Source: Amoebidium appalachense (Eukaryota > Protista > Ichthyosporea). From it: 64,000 bases of DNA. The notes under the pieces are model-generated. The model did not search any database. It was given only the letters and a program-made list of their open reading frames with translations, and was not told the DNA's origin. The position numbers were made by a program, and so were the translations under genes. Positions 36,558 to 47,071 of this stretch are shown piece by piece. Numbering within the stretch: position 1 is the stretch's first letter; each line of letters opens with the position of its first letter. The stretch covers positions 8,884,054 to 8,948,053 of the forward strand of contig CAVNZM010000010.1 in NCBI GenBank assembly GCA_963693365.1, read 5' to 3'.

Positions 36558-37565
36558 TCATTCATCCTCGGTATGATCGGATTGTACATTCATATTTGGA
36601 CGGAAAAGGAGAGAGGGACGAGATGTGTTATGGTACACAACCAGAGATACACCATTGTCGTCATCACCACTATTTTCACTTTCACTTTCGCTTTCACTTT
36701 CACTCTCGTCGCCTGACTCGCAATAGGCAAATGTACGCACACGTTCCAAACGCACATGTTCCTCCAAAGACTCCATCTCCACATACAAAGCAAGAGCATC
36801 ACCACCACCACCACCCAAATCGTCACAACTACTCTTACGTCGTTTGACGGAGTCGCCAGAACCGCGTCGGCGAGGCAGACCACAACCAAAATGACACTCT
36901 TTCGGCTCGACGTTGTGATATCGCTTCAGACGCTGTTCGTTGTTGTACACGTCGCTTGTGAGTTTGGATTTCTGTGCCTGTAGCACTTTAATCTGACGAG
37001 AAAGGGCCCCAATCTCCTCCTTCTTCTGGCCATTCACGGCGGAGGTAAGGGCATACAAATACGAATACTCGGCCAACACACAACTGAAAACCTTCTTGTC
37101 TTCATCGGTCACAGGCCACGGGTCTTGGTCGTATAGAGCACTGTCACGATATGTCATGAACGCGATGCATTTGCCAACAACGTCATCCCAATCAGCTTTG
37201 TAGGAGCGATGTACTTCGACGTCGGGCGAAAAAATAGAATCGGCATCGATTTTTTTCAAACAAAACCGGAAGTCACGAACACCAATTGTTGCTATACCAG
37301 AGGTGTCGAGGGTGAGATGTGCACAAACGTCGAGCAACTTATCCAACAAAAAATCATATTCGTCAATCGAATCGACGACAGTTTCGTTAGTCACCGCGAG
37401 GACCTGTGCGTGACGCCACAATCTGGCAAGGGAAGGCAGGGAAACCCGCATGTGGCTTTGCATGCTCGGGTCACGCTTGTGGGAGGGTCTTGTTTCCAGT
37501 GCATCAAAGAAATCAATAATAACCCGAAAAGTCCCGGAGACACGAGCATAGCGAATAGAAGCCAT
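36558..37565 (-). CDS. Hypothetical protein with coiled coil and acidic (ES)n tail
   Basis: 335-codon open frame from MASIRYARV with natural composition; coiled coil at KKEEIGALSRQIKVLQAQKSKLTSDV. Confidence 0.7.
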   Translation of the reverse strand: MASIRYARVSGTFRVIIDFFDALETRPSHKRDPSMQSHMRVSLPSLARLWRHAQVLAVTNETVVDSIDEYDFLLDKLLDVCAHLTLDTSGIATIGVRDFRFCLKKIDADSIFSPDVEVHRSYKADWDDVVGKCIAFMTYRDSALYDQDPWPVTDEDKKVFSCVLAEYSYLYALTSAVNGQKKEEIGALSRQIKVLQAQKSKLTSDVYNNEQRLKRYHNVEPKECHFGCGLPRRRGSGDSVKRRKSSCDDLGGGGGDALALYVEMESLEEHVRLERVRTFAYCESGDESESESESESENSGDDDNGVSLVVYHNTSRPSLLFRPNMNVQSDHTEDE

Positions 37566-37644
37566 TGTGAACCCGTTAACACGAACGATTCCAAACGGGC
37601 TTAAAAACACAATCAAAAACCGAAATTTTGTGTCGCTACATGTC

Positions 37645-37978
37645 ACGGTTCGTAGACGATGGAAAACAGAAAAAAAAATCTCTTCTAAAAAAAGGACGCT
37701 TAAAACACGGCTCGTTCACGATGGAAAACAGAAAAATAAGTCTCTTCTAAAAAAGGACGCTTACAACACGGCTCGTTCACGATGGAAAACAGAAAAAAAT
37801 AAGTCTCTTCTAAAAAAGGACGCTTACAACACGGCTCGTTCACGATGGAAAACAGAAAAAAAAGTCTCTTCTAAAAAAGGACGCTTACAACACGGCTCGT
37901 TCACGATGGAAAACAGAAAAAAAGTCTCTTCTAAAAAAGGACGCTTACAACACGGCTCGTTCATGATGGAAAACAGAA
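37645..37978. repeat. ~60-bp tandem repeat x5.5
   Basis: CACGATGGAAAACAGAAAAAAAAGTCTCTTCTAAAAAAGGACGCTTACAACACGGCTCGTT repeated. Confidence 0.9.
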
Positions 37979-38290
37979 GGCTTCTGCGACGCGAAGAGTC
38001 CTTATAAACATCTGCATTAGCGCAACCACCAAAACGAACCAATGCGCATCACGTAGGGTTCAACTCAGCAGAAACATAGCCAATTAAAACAATGCTTTAA
38101 TTTCGCTTGGCCAATTAAAGGGCTCGCCTTTCACGTTTTTTGGAGTGATTATTTCGTCTGGCCAATCAAGTGGCCTCGTGTTTCGCTTTGCAAAAAAAAA
38201 AATAAAGTTCACCGAGTGAACAACCAACCAAACCACGCAAAAAGCACGCCACCACACATGCTTCCCATTATGGTGACTACCGCGGCGTTC

Positions 38291-38487
38291 GGGACCAATC
38301 AGATCAGCGGTCAAACCACGCGAACCAATCAGATCAACGGTCAAACCGGATGGACCAATCAGATCAACGGTCAAAACACACAAACCAATTAGATCAGCGG
38401 TCAAACCGGGCGGACTAATCAGATCAGAGGCCAAACCGGGCGGACCAATTAGATCAGCGGTCAAACCGGGCGGACCAACCAGATCCG
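38291..38487. repeat. 30-bp CCAAT-box tandem repeat x~7
   Basis: ACCAATCAGATCAGCGGTCAAACCGGGCGG with exact 30-nt period. Confidence 0.9.
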
Positions 38488-38587
38488 ATTTAGATACGGA
38501 TCGAAAAAAAAAGGCCCAGGCGGTGCTGTGAAGGGTCGTATCGCGCGACAGACACAGGCTTCCTCTTTTTATTGGTACAAGTGCACA

Positions 38588-38857
38588 ATGTGGCCTTGGG
38601 TAGTCGCGTCCGCCATCTCATTCGTCCTGTTCTGGTTGACGCTGATATCATGTGACGTTCATAGAATAAACAGATCACTGAAGCAAAAAACCGGGTCCCA
38701 CCCAATACTGGACCCATTATGCGACAACTTCATGATTCGCTGGCTGTGGATACTGTTGCCACTAATGCTTGCATATACATACACCACATCCACACAATGC
38801 ACCGAGACGGAAACCGCACAGAAAATACTTTCAGGTGCTACACCCGTATCAACTTGA
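38588..38857 (+). CDS. Small two-TM membrane protein (hypothetical)
   Basis: Hydrophobic segments MWPWVVASAISFVLFWLTLI and FMIRWLWILLPLMLAY. Confidence 0.45.
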   Translation: MWPWVVASAISFVLFWLTLISCDVHRINRSLKQKTGSHPILDPLCDNFMIRWLWILLPLMLAYTYTTSTQCTETETAQKILSGATPVST

Positions 38858-39185
38858 AACGACCCACCCCTTTGAAAGGTGGATCCCACCAGGGCTCTCG
38901 CTTGGCAATCACCACGACTTCCGGTACACGAGACTGTGTTTTTGTCAAAACACCGACGAGTTCACCGACATTCCAACATATATCTGGAATCGACAGGCTG
39001 CTCGCCAACGCGTTCACAACAAAGCGGCTTTTTTGATCCACTCCACATACTTGTGTAATCAAATCACTCGTCGCGGAAAGAACCACAGTCCCAGAGTGAG
39101 CACGCGCGCTGCGCAGCATGTTGTCTAACCGCCCGCGATCTCCCACGTACCAATAACACCCTGGGTTGTACACTTCCACGTCCAT
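38838..39185 (-). CDS. Hypothetical protein
   Basis: ORF from MDVEVYNPG, about 115 aa, with an A-rich minus-strand ATAAAA element upstream (~39236). Confidence 0.45.
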   Translation of the reverse strand: MDVEVYNPGCYWYVGDRGRLDNMLRSARAHSGTVVLSATSDLITQVCGVDQKSRFVVNALASSLSIPDICWNVGELVGVLTKTQSRVPEVVVIAKREPWWDPPFKGVGRFKLIRV

Positions 39186-39383
39186 TTCACAAGGAAAAAG
39201 ATTAAATTGACACGACTGACCAACGATCACTGGGTTTTATTGTTTATCAATATACAAATGACATTCCTCCAAAAATAGCGGATACAGTGCCACCGGTGAC
39301 CAGTCACCTGCATTTATTAGGACGAAACCCACAAGACCCCAAGCGGGCCTGTCCGCGGAGGACAAATCCACGGCAAGCCGTCT

Positions 39384-40256
39384 TCAAAGTGCGTGTCCTA
39401 CATGGCCTGAGTTGTTCCACGGTGTCGGTCTTCTACGCAGGCTGCGAGGCAGGCCGAAGAACTCGGTTGTGCGGTTGCGGGCGTGGACGGTGTCCAACAC
39501 GGCGTCCCTTAGCGGCAGACCCGCGTTCTCGACCTGGACGTTGACCCGCTCAAAGAACGGGTCGAGCCACTCGGAGGCCCAGTCGTCAAGCGCGGTGGTG
39601 AAGTCTTGAGCGGCCACAGCGCCGGGGGCCATCGAAACGGGGGCACCGTGCTCGATCCCGACGCGGTAGGCACCCTCTTGCAGGGTGGACGGAGGCGCGG
39701 CAGGGGATGGGGTAGTGCATACGACGTTCTCAAACAGGAGGCTGGGCATGACCCAGTAGGGTTTCCTGGAGATGGCAGGCGCCACACCATCGACTTCATC
39801 CAAGTTGGGATCCCCAAAAACGTTCCAGAAAACCCATCCGTCTCTGGTCGGCTTGGTGGCGTATACGGGGGGCCGTCGTTCACATCTGTAACCATACCCC
39901 ATGCCGGCCTCGCTGTCGCTGAGCGTGGTGTCGAATTCATAGTAGTATTCGCTGAGGGTCGGGTCGGTAACGGGGTGTCCGGGCTTGTACAGTTTGATGT
40001 AGCCGCGCATGGAACGTTCGTCGCGCTCATAACGAGTCATGCCATTTACACCAACACTCTGGACACTGATCTGTCCGTTTGACAGAATGGGAATAGCCAC
40101 CCTGTGTGCGTGGTCCCATCTCGACTCAATTAGGCACGACCAATCCCGGCCATCGCCCGTGGATTCTGTAACGCATTCAAATTTGCGGTCTAGGTACCTC
40201 GTGAGCTCATCCTCCGTGGCGATGCGGGTCAGTTCCATGCGCACCGGCATTTTCAT
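39384..40256 (-). CDS. Orphan protein, paralog A (of 48392-49222)
   Basis: Shares RIxTEDEL, YxTKxTRDGWxFWN, PYWVMPxLLFE, RDAVxDxxxARNRT and TPWxNxGxVGHAL* with the 48392 ORF. TATAAAA at ~40320 and multiple CCAAT upstream. Confidence 0.85.
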   Translation of the reverse strand: MKMPVRMELTRIATEDELTRYLDRKFECVTESTGDGRDWSCLIESRWDHAHRVAIPILSNGQISVQSVGVNGMTRYERDERSMRGYIKLYKPGHPVTDPTLSEYYYEFDTTLSDSEAGMGYGYRCERRPPVYATKPTRDGWVFWNVFGDPNLDEVDGVAPAISRKPYWVMPSLLFENVVCTTPSPAAPPSTLQEGAYRVGIEHGAPVSMAPGAVAAQDFTTALDDWASEWLDPFFERVNVQVENAGLPLRDAVLDTVHARNRTTEFFGLPRSLRRRPTPWNNSGHVGHAL

Positions 40257-40487
40257 AACACAGAATGTTCATGTGAAATTGGAAATGCGAACTGGTGGCC
40301 TGTTCTTGTGTGGTAAGCTTTTATACCGGATGTCGCGCAAGCATCAAGCCAATCAGATCACACCCGTCAACCAATCAAGAACCAATTAAAGAGCAAACAC
40401 AAGATCCACCAATCGGAAATCAGAAGTCACATCCAAAGACCTTGCACCAATCAAAGCCACAACATCCCCCCTGATCTGTCGCGCTGC

Positions 40488-40778
40488 CTAGTTCTCTTTA
40501 TTTTCCATGGGCGGCTCCGGCTCGTCATCGGGTTCTAACATCCTTTGCATGACAATCGCGGTCATGGCCAGGTTCTTGGGCACCCAGTGCTTGAACCCGC
40601 ACTTCCGCGCGAGCTCGTCGGGCAGGTCGATGTAGCCCTTGTCCGCGAGCTCCCTGGCGTAGCGCTGCTTCTCGCGCTCGGTGTGGCGTTGCGTTTCCTC
40701 TGTGGGGACAACCGTGGCCTGGATGACGGGGGCCTTGCCTGGCTCCTCCTTGAGCTTGTATTCCCAGCGATACGCCAT
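40488..40778 (-). CDS. Small hypothetical protein (96 aa)
   Basis: GC3-rich codons like its neighbours; ATG start. Confidence 0.6.
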   Translation of the reverse strand: MAYRWEYKLKEEPGKAPVIQATVVPTEETQRHTEREKQRYARELADKGYIDLPDELARKCGFKHWVPKNLAMTAIVMQRMLEPDDEPEPPMENKEN

Positions 40779-40893
40779 ACGTGTGGCACCAATAAAAATA
40801 CAAACAGACGTTTATTGAGTTTGTGTGTTGTGAAGGCGGGGGCCAGCCCCGCGTGTGTGTAGTTAAATGTACATGGTGTGTGTGCGTGTGTGG

Positions 40894-41844
40894 TCAAGCC
40901 TGCGGCGCGCGTGCAAACAGGCCGTGTGCGACCTCGTAGAACTGGGCCGTTTCACCGACCCTCCACTTCTCGCCGGCGAGCTCGACGACGACGGGATCGG
41001 ACGTGATGGGGGTGATGAGGCGCGGACGAGGCGCGCACTCCGTGTCCAAGGAGACGCTTGCAAAGCCCTCCATGACTAGGAAGGAGGGGTGTTCGGGAAG
41101 GCACATGCCGCGGACGCGCGGGTGGTAAGGACTTGCAACGATCCAGACGATGCACAGGTGGCGCAGCCTGCACAGGGTGCGGATAGCGCGCATGAACGAC
41201 GCGGTCCATACTGCGCGGACAGCGACCAGGGTCTCCATGTCGTAGGCGCGCCACGGGGTGAAGTGGTTCGTCATGGTCAGGCGCTGGACTGCGCGGATGA
41301 AGAGCACGGGGGGCGCGGGGTCGGTGTAGGTGTCCTCGTCGTCGCTGGGCAGGTCGGTGTCGACGTGTGTGATGCGCACGGTCTTGCAGTTTGAGATGCG
41401 ACCGCGGACGAAGCACGCGGACAACTGGACGGCAGAGGCGTTCGCGATGACGCCCTCGATGAACAGGTCACCGTAGAAGGTGACATCGACGGTCTCGAGC
41501 GCCGTGCAGGCGTCGAAGCCCACGAGGTGCAGTGCGGCTTCGGCCTCAAAGAGCTCTGACCTGTTGAGTTGGATCAGACGGTCGCCCTTCTCCGACTGGT
41601 CGTCCCATGCGCTCGTTATGCACAGGTGGCGGAGGCCGGGGGGCAGCTTGACGGTGATGGACTGGTTCAGATCGCGTGAGAAGAGGGCTACGATGTCCAG
41701 GGTGATCACCTCCATGGCGCTCCTGGTCGAGAAGTCGATCTTGACGGTGGGGTGGAACAGGTGCGCCCTGATGTTGGCTTCGAGGTCTGGGTTGTCGACC
41801 TCCTCCTTGAGCAGAAAGTACGGTGCCTCGGTGATAAGCGCCAT
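40894..41844 (-). CDS. Hypothetical protein with degenerate leucine-rich-repeat-like motifs
   Basis: From MALITEAPY; contains LPPGLRHLCI, CTALETVDV and LCRLRHLCI. GC3-rich codons; CCAAT and TGACGTCA upstream. Confidence 0.65.
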   Translation of the reverse strand: MALITEAPYFLLKEEVDNPDLEANIRAHLFHPTVKIDFSTRSAMEVITLDIVALFSRDLNQSITVKLPPGLRHLCITSAWDDQSEKGDRLIQLNRSELFEAEAALHLVGFDACTALETVDVTFYGDLFIEGVIANASAVQLSACFVRGRISNCKTVRITHVDTDLPSDDEDTYTDPAPPVLFIRAVQRLTMTNHFTPWRAYDMETLVAVRAVWTASFMRAIRTLCRLRHLCIVWIVASPYHPRVRGMCLPEHPSFLVMEGFASVSLDTECAPRPRLITPITSDPVVVELAGEKWRVGETAQFYEVAHGLFARAPQA

Positions 41845-42017
41845 TCTTGTGTCGGTTCCCGTGTTTGCCCGGTGCGATTCTTGGAGCCATTTTAATGGCC
41901 GTTGCCGCTTGGGATACGATGACGTCATCGCCCAATGGCGATTTCCGCCCAAGAGCGCCCATCCAATCAAGGACGTCCACGAGCACCCACCCAATCGGGA
42001 GAGGTGTCGTTACGTCA

Positions 42018-43070
42018 TCATACCCGAGCCCGAAGATCGTGCGGACTTCCAGAGCACGGTGCACGTACGTACGTTCTCCAGAGCGTCCAATACAACCCAA
42101 ACCAACGCGTGAGGAACCATGTGCTGTTGCCCGGATACGAAGCTAAGTTTGAGTCCGCTGCGCCGACCGTCTTGAACCATCCAACATTATCCTTGGTCGA
42201 GTAGTAGAAAGACTTGCATTTCGGTTCTGCGACGCACGCGGTCTTCACTTCGTCCACCGACCCATTCATCGACCGAATATCGCTTCCGGCGTGCCCGACA
42301 TCCAATCGCTGCACCTAATTGGGTCCGGACACCGGCAGACCCGACTGCCAGAGCACGGTTCCGTCGGCGTCGCGCACGTAGGCGACACCGTCGTTCTCGA
42401 TTGTCAGGATCGCCGTGCCCAGCTTCCCCTTGCGGTAGGTGTTCGACGCCCATATGACCGCACCCTTTGCGTCGTACACCACCAGATTGTTGTCCTCCTG
42501 CATGACGAGAGAGTAGGGCGCGGTACCGTTGTTGGTCTTGTTGTGTGCCCAGAGGACCTTGTTGCTGCCGCGTTCGGCGACTATGGTGTTCCCATCTCTC
42601 TCCTGCACCAGTTTGTACCGACCGTCGGGCGACACGATCGCCTCATTGGATGTGCTGGACCCCACGATCTTTTTGCCGCTTCCCAGCATGCTCCTGGCTG
42701 GTGGCTCCTCCTTCTTCACGACAGCGGTGGGGGCGTTGGGGCAGGTGGGACAGTCGGGGCACTTCTCCTTGGGGGGGCAGGTCGGGCAGGTCGGGCACGT
42801 GGGGCACTTTGTGGGGGCCAGGGTGGGGCACGTCGGACAGGTGGGGCAATCCGGGCACTTCTTTTCGGGGGGGCAGACCGGACAGCTGTTGCATATGCCG
42901 CAGGGGCGCCTGCACTTGAGGGTGGTGATGTAGCGGTAAAAGCGGGGCCGGTTGACGTCGTACACGACGAGGAGGACGAACAGGGCACACAGGCACCACA
43001 CCCACGTAGACACGCTGGGGCGGCGGGGGAAAACCTGTGACGGGGGCAAGTCCATTTGGTAGACCCACAT
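42018..43070 (-). CDS. Membrane-anchored protein: TM + CPxC-repeat stalk + bulb-type (B) lectin + PAN/apple-like domain, interrupted by an in-frame TAG at 42315-42317
   Basis: TM VWCLCALFVLLVVY, then (CPTCP)n, then B-lectin motifs SPDGRYKLVQERDGN and LVMQEDNNLVVYD...IWAS. After the TAG the same frame continues VQRLDVGHAGSDI...CVAEPKCKSFYY...GWFK (PAN-like). Confidence 0.78.
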
Positions 43071-43101
43071 GAAAATCGCACACAGTCCTGTTTGGCAAGC
43101 T

Positions 43102-43509
43102 TTATTTGAGCGGCTCGCGGCGCAGCGCGGATGCCACGCGGGCAGTCCAGGCGCACCTGCCACGCAAGTTCGCGGCGAAGGCCTGATATGGAAGCGTCTG
43201 TGAGAACCACTCGCCCTTGTTGACGTCCCAGTAGCGGAGCCCGTTGTTCTTCGATATGTGGACCCGGGGACAGCTGCGGCAGTCCGGAACGGTCTCGCTG
43301 TCAGCGTCGAAGCCCTCGGCGAGGTACTTGTCGTACAGCGCCTGTCCGCACGCGATTGCGTCGCAGCCCGCGTAGGGTCCAGGGTCGGGCAGTGGACGAC
43401 CTTCCATGGCCGCACGCACCGACCGCCACACCGACGCCGCCTGGTGCCGAGCCGCGATTGCAGCAAACGTCAGCGCGCATAGGACACACACAACCAGTAC
43501 CAGATACAT
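43102..43509 (-). CDS. Small Cys-containing membrane/secreted protein
   Basis: N-terminal hydrophobic MYLVLVVCVLCALTFAAIAA; the stop overlaps minus-strand AATAAA. Confidence 0.6.
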   Translation of the reverse strand: MYLVLVVCVLCALTFAAIAARHQAASVWRSVRAAMEGRPLPDPGPYAGCDAIACGQALYDKYLAEGFDADSETVPDCRSCPRVHISKNNGLRYWDVNKGEWFSQTLPYQAFAANLRGRCAWTARVASALRREPLK

Positions 43510-43555
43510 CACTGTGAGACGCCAGCATTACGTCCAACCCCAAGACCGCGAGCGG

Positions 43556-44914
43556 CTATTTGATCCCAACTAGGACGGTGAAGCGACCGCCGACCCTGTA
43601 CCCCATCTCATCCACGACGGCCACGCGCAGCCCCTCGACGTGCTCGAGCGACGTGGCTAGCTGCGGCGACGCCTGTAGGTCTTCGCTGATGCCGCAGGCG
43701 GCGCCGTGGACACCCGCGGACACGATGCGGCCCTGCAGGCTTGTCTCGCCGTGCATGACCGTGACCAGCAGCGCGCCCCGAGGCGCCAGGGGAGGCGTGG
43801 ACCCGACGATGCACTGGATGTTGTCTGCGGCGCAGGGAAGCTGTTGGTCGCCTTCGGCCACGGGGGCGTGGTCGCGGCCGTCGAAGTACCTTGCAAGCGG
43901 GGGCAACCCGCTGGTGAGGCTGTGACTGACGTGGCCGCCGACCTCGAAACCCAGGACGCGCGCAAGGCCGCGTGGGACATCGAGGGTGAACGTAGGGACA
44001 GTTGCATATGGGGCCCAGTGCTTGACGACGTCGGGTGTGAGTGTCTTGTGGTGGTGGATGCTGATGACCAGGCGATCGGGAATCGCCAGCTGCGACGGGG
44101 ACATAAACGAGTAGAGCGTGTGGTGGAACGGCCACTTGAAGCGGTTGTGGGGGTCACGCTCGTTTGCCAGCTCTCGCCATGCCCAAGGGTTCTCCCGATA
44201 GTGTATCTGCGCCAGCTGCAGCACCTCGTGGGCCAGGTGATCGGCGGGGCCCGAAGTGCGCGGCGCCCACCTGTCCTTTGCGAGGAAGTCTTCTTGGCGG
44301 GTCCATGCCTCGCCATTGCGCTCGGCGGCGGCCTTGATGACGGTCGTGTGTGTGACCTTTGCGTAGTACGGGACTGCATCCGGGAACACGTCGAGGAGGT
44401 CTGCGATGTCATCGATGTTATACGAGGGCTTGTAGCAATCGGCGATGGCCTGATCTAGACGGGCCTCCAATTCAGCGCACAGGGCGCCGATTGTATAGTG
44501 CCCGACCGGCAGGTAGATGTCTGCAGTCGAACGTGTCCACGAGCCCGGGTGGCGGCCATCTGGCGAGTCGAGGAACGACAGCCCCAGCACCAATCTGTTG
44601 GAGCCCTCTGACACGTCGAACACGGAATGCACCCGTGCGCCCTCGACGCGAACACCGTGGACCGAGCGGGGAGCGGAGAACTCTATCTTCAGCGGGCCAC
44701 CATGTGTGTCGCCGCTGACAAAGTGGTATCGCCAGGGAGCCTGGGACGCTTGGGTCGGGGCGGGTGAGCTCCGGGCGGAGGCATCGCCTACCACTGATGT
44801 GCGGGACGGGGTTGGAAGTGCGGGTCCGTGGGGAAAGGCCCGTCGTGCCATGGCAGCGGAGAAGTCGATGTGTGAAGCCATGTCGTCGAGAATACGGGAG
44901 CGCGCCTTCGACAT
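43556..44914 (-). CDS. Putative minor capsid protein (penton-like, single jelly roll with insertion)
   Basis: VHSVFDVSEGSNRLVL...IYLPVGHYTIGALCAELEARL resembles the 'NS.YNI...NN.L...I.IP.GNYT...L...L' motif of Polinton-like/NCLDV minor capsid proteins. It also has LARVLGF and a C-terminal beta-rich segment LRVAVVDEMG...FTVLV. Confidence 0.55.
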   Translation of the reverse strand: MSKARSRILDDMASHIDFSAAMARRAFPHGPALPTPSRTSVVGDASARSSPAPTQASQAPWRYHFVSGDTHGGPLKIEFSAPRSVHGVRVEGARVHSVFDVSEGSNRLVLGLSFLDSPDGRHPGSWTRSTADIYLPVGHYTIGALCAELEARLDQAIADCYKPSYNIDDIADLLDVFPDAVPYYAKVTHTTVIKAAAERNGEAWTRQEDFLAKDRWAPRTSGPADHLAHEVLQLAQIHYRENPWAWRELANERDPHNRFKWPFHHTLYSFMSPSQLAIPDRLVISIHHHKTLTPDVVKHWAPYATVPTFTLDVPRGLARVLGFEVGGHVSHSLTSGLPPLARYFDGRDHAPVAEGDQQLPCAADNIQCIVGSTPPLAPRGALLVTVMHGETSLQGRIVSAGVHGAACGISEDLQASPQLATSLEHVEGLRVAVVDEMGYRVGGRFTVLVGIK

Positions 44915-44939
44915 CCTACAGGTGGGTGAGCATAAAAGC

Positions 44940-45297
44940 TCAGTCCATGACTGTGCAGTTGCACTGCCAACGGGCCTTGGGTCCCGGGGCAGAAGGTGCG
45001 GGCGTCATGCTGGGTGGCCACACCAAAGTCTCGGGGGTAGTGGTGGGGGTGGCTGGGGACGGGGTGACGTCATCATCGGAGGAAATCTGTGACCCGGAGC
45101 CACTGGCGGGGAAGTCGAGTGGGACCTCATCGTCTGTCGGCGCGGGGATGCCGGGGGGGCCAGACCGCAGGTGCGGTTTCAGCGACGGCCTCGGTGGCTG
45201 CGAGACTGGACGCGGGGCCGGTGCTTTGGTATATGCACTGTGGGGCAGCGAACGACCCGACGGCAAGGGCGAAGACGGCGTAGAGGTTGTTGAGCAT
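44940..45297 (-). pseudogene. Possibly frameshifted secreted Pro/Ser/Thr-rich protein
   Basis: A signal-like MLNNLYAVFALAVGS lies in one frame and a mucin-like PST region ending WQCNCTVMD lies in another. Confidence 0.3.
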
Positions 45298-45317
45298 TAC
45301 TTGTAGCATATAAAATT

Positions 45318-45914
45318 CTAGGCGCCGCGGAGGTCCAAGACGGCAAGAAACAACGTTATGGCAGGGAACGGGAACATGTCAAGACAGAGCCTGAAGCGCC
45401 AGAACCGCGCGATGCATATCGCAACATTGACACCCCGAAATCCATATTGGACGCCGAGGTCGTCCGTGTAGACAAACCACGAGGGCATCGGCATGATTGG
45501 TAAACCGCCCAAGCCAAGCGAAGCGGCCACTCCCAGTTCGATACGGGCAGTGGGTAGCGAAGCGGGTGACCAATTTGTGTGGTTAGGTGTACGCGTGTTG
45601 ATTCTTACGTTAGCGAGGCTTGGCCTCGGTAGTGTGTGTTTCGCGGCGGTCGTGGCTCCGGTCTGTGAATGTATGAAGACAAATTCTGAGGCATCGGCCC
45701 TGTCGTCGGTGAACGTGACGACGTTGTGATCCGGCAAAGCCTTCCAATACATACGCAGATCCCCAACGCGGGTGCACACGTATGGGTCATCCCTCTGCCA
45801 TGGCAGTGCCATGCCAGTCTGTTGGGTGTCTGCCAGATCGGGCGGCCAATCAGTTGGTTCGCTCAGCAGAGCCAGTTGCTTGCTAACGTATCGACCTGAA
45901 TGAAGGATGTGCAT
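45318..45914 (-). CDS. Hypothetical protein (198 aa)
   Basis: ATG-initiated ORF in the minus-strand gene run, with an ATAAAA element ~35 nt upstream. Confidence 0.5.
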   Translation of the reverse strand: MHILHSGRYVSKQLALLSEPTDWPPDLADTQQTGMALPWQRDDPYVCTRVGDLRMYWKALPDHNVVTFTDDRADASEFVFIHSQTGATTAAKHTLPRPSLANVRINTRTPNHTNWSPASLPTARIELGVAASLGLGGLPIMPMPSWFVYTDDLGVQYGFRGVNVAICIARFWRFRLCLDMFPFPAITLFLAVLDLRGA

Positions 45915-46019
45915 ATCGTGTGGGGGCTAACAAGACCTGGGCATTTTATTGTGCCACAAGCAGGGGGTGTGCGTACACGCATGTGGATCGCTCTGGGTAT
46001 ACTCTGTTCACGGACATGC

Positions 46020-46533
46020 AGCCATGTTGTGGCCGCCGCAGATGCCTTGCCCAGCAAGCTTTATTGAATTGTTGCCACGCGAGATGCGGGCGATGGCAAA
46101 GAACCCCCAATCATACGGTCAAGACATACCCATGTACCTACTCCAATCGTCCAACCTTGAATATGCCAAGTCCGAGCCATGTCGGACGCGCAAAACAACC
46201 GGCGAAACCTACACAGTCAAACCCGGAAAGAGATCTAACATCAAAACCCAAAACAATGTTCCCCAAGGGGAAGACTACTACTTCCGCTTTCTCAGAATGG
46301 TTAATAGACGCATGCATACGAGTGACATCCAACTAGGCACTCCAAGTGCAATAAGGGGTGCTGGTGATACGGCCAATTCGGAGCGATGGGGTGCAATCCA
46401 CGTCCCCCGCAATGTGAGCGTCTGTAAAGGGCGGCGGGAATGCTATATGCAGATGAAGTGGGTGACCTCCAAACTCGTCGATTGCGTTCACCAGACGTAT
46501 GTGGGCTGTGCCTTGATCTCTGTCAAGCGGTGA
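46020..46533 (+). CDS. Hypothetical protein
   Basis: Open frame convergent with the 46523 ORF; start uncertain. Confidence 0.4.
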
Positions 46534-47071
46534 TGGTAGTGGGATGTGGGGTGGTCGGAGTGTTAGCGGTGTGTTTTTTTGTCTCGTGTGTGGGTTCGTC
46601 GTGAGGGAGTCTCGCCAATTCCGCGATTGTGCGCACCTTCGGGGTATTCAAAGTACAACACTTGTCGGCGATTTGGAAGATGGCGTGATTGGCGTCTTGC
46701 ATGTATGGAACCGTGATAAGACCCACCACGGAGACAACCGAGACAAGTCGGGCGAGTTGTGACACAAGCGAGGCGTCCTCCTTCCGCAATAAAAATCTCA
46801 TCAGGACGTGTCGCATTGGACGCAGTAGACTGAAATCTACCTCTGATATCAGGGCTTGGACACACTCCTTGCAGAAAGCGGCATGGCTATTCAGCATATC
46901 GACATCCGCCCCGTCGATGGCCGACGACACGACAACCAAGTCCGGGTTGTCGTCGAACGACCCATAATAAGACTTTACTTCGTCTGTGATACACTTGATG
47001 TAGCTTGTTCTGTGCTCCGCAGGAAGCGTGGCGGGCAGACCATAGAAACTCCGGAAACCGGAGTTCGACAT
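46523..47071 (-). CDS. Hypothetical protein (~180 aa)
   Basis: From MSNSGFRSFYG; minus-strand TATAAA at ~47150 and CCAAT/ATTGG upstream. Confidence 0.6.
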   Translation of the reverse strand: MSNSGFRSFYGLPATLPAEHRTSYIKCITDEVKSYYGSFDDNPDLVVVSSAIDGADVDMLNSHAAFCKECVQALISEVDFSLLRPMRHVLMRFLLRKEDASLVSQLARLVSVVSVVGLITVPYMQDANHAIFQIADKCCTLNTPKVRTIAELARLPHDEPTHETKKHTANTPTTPHPTTITA

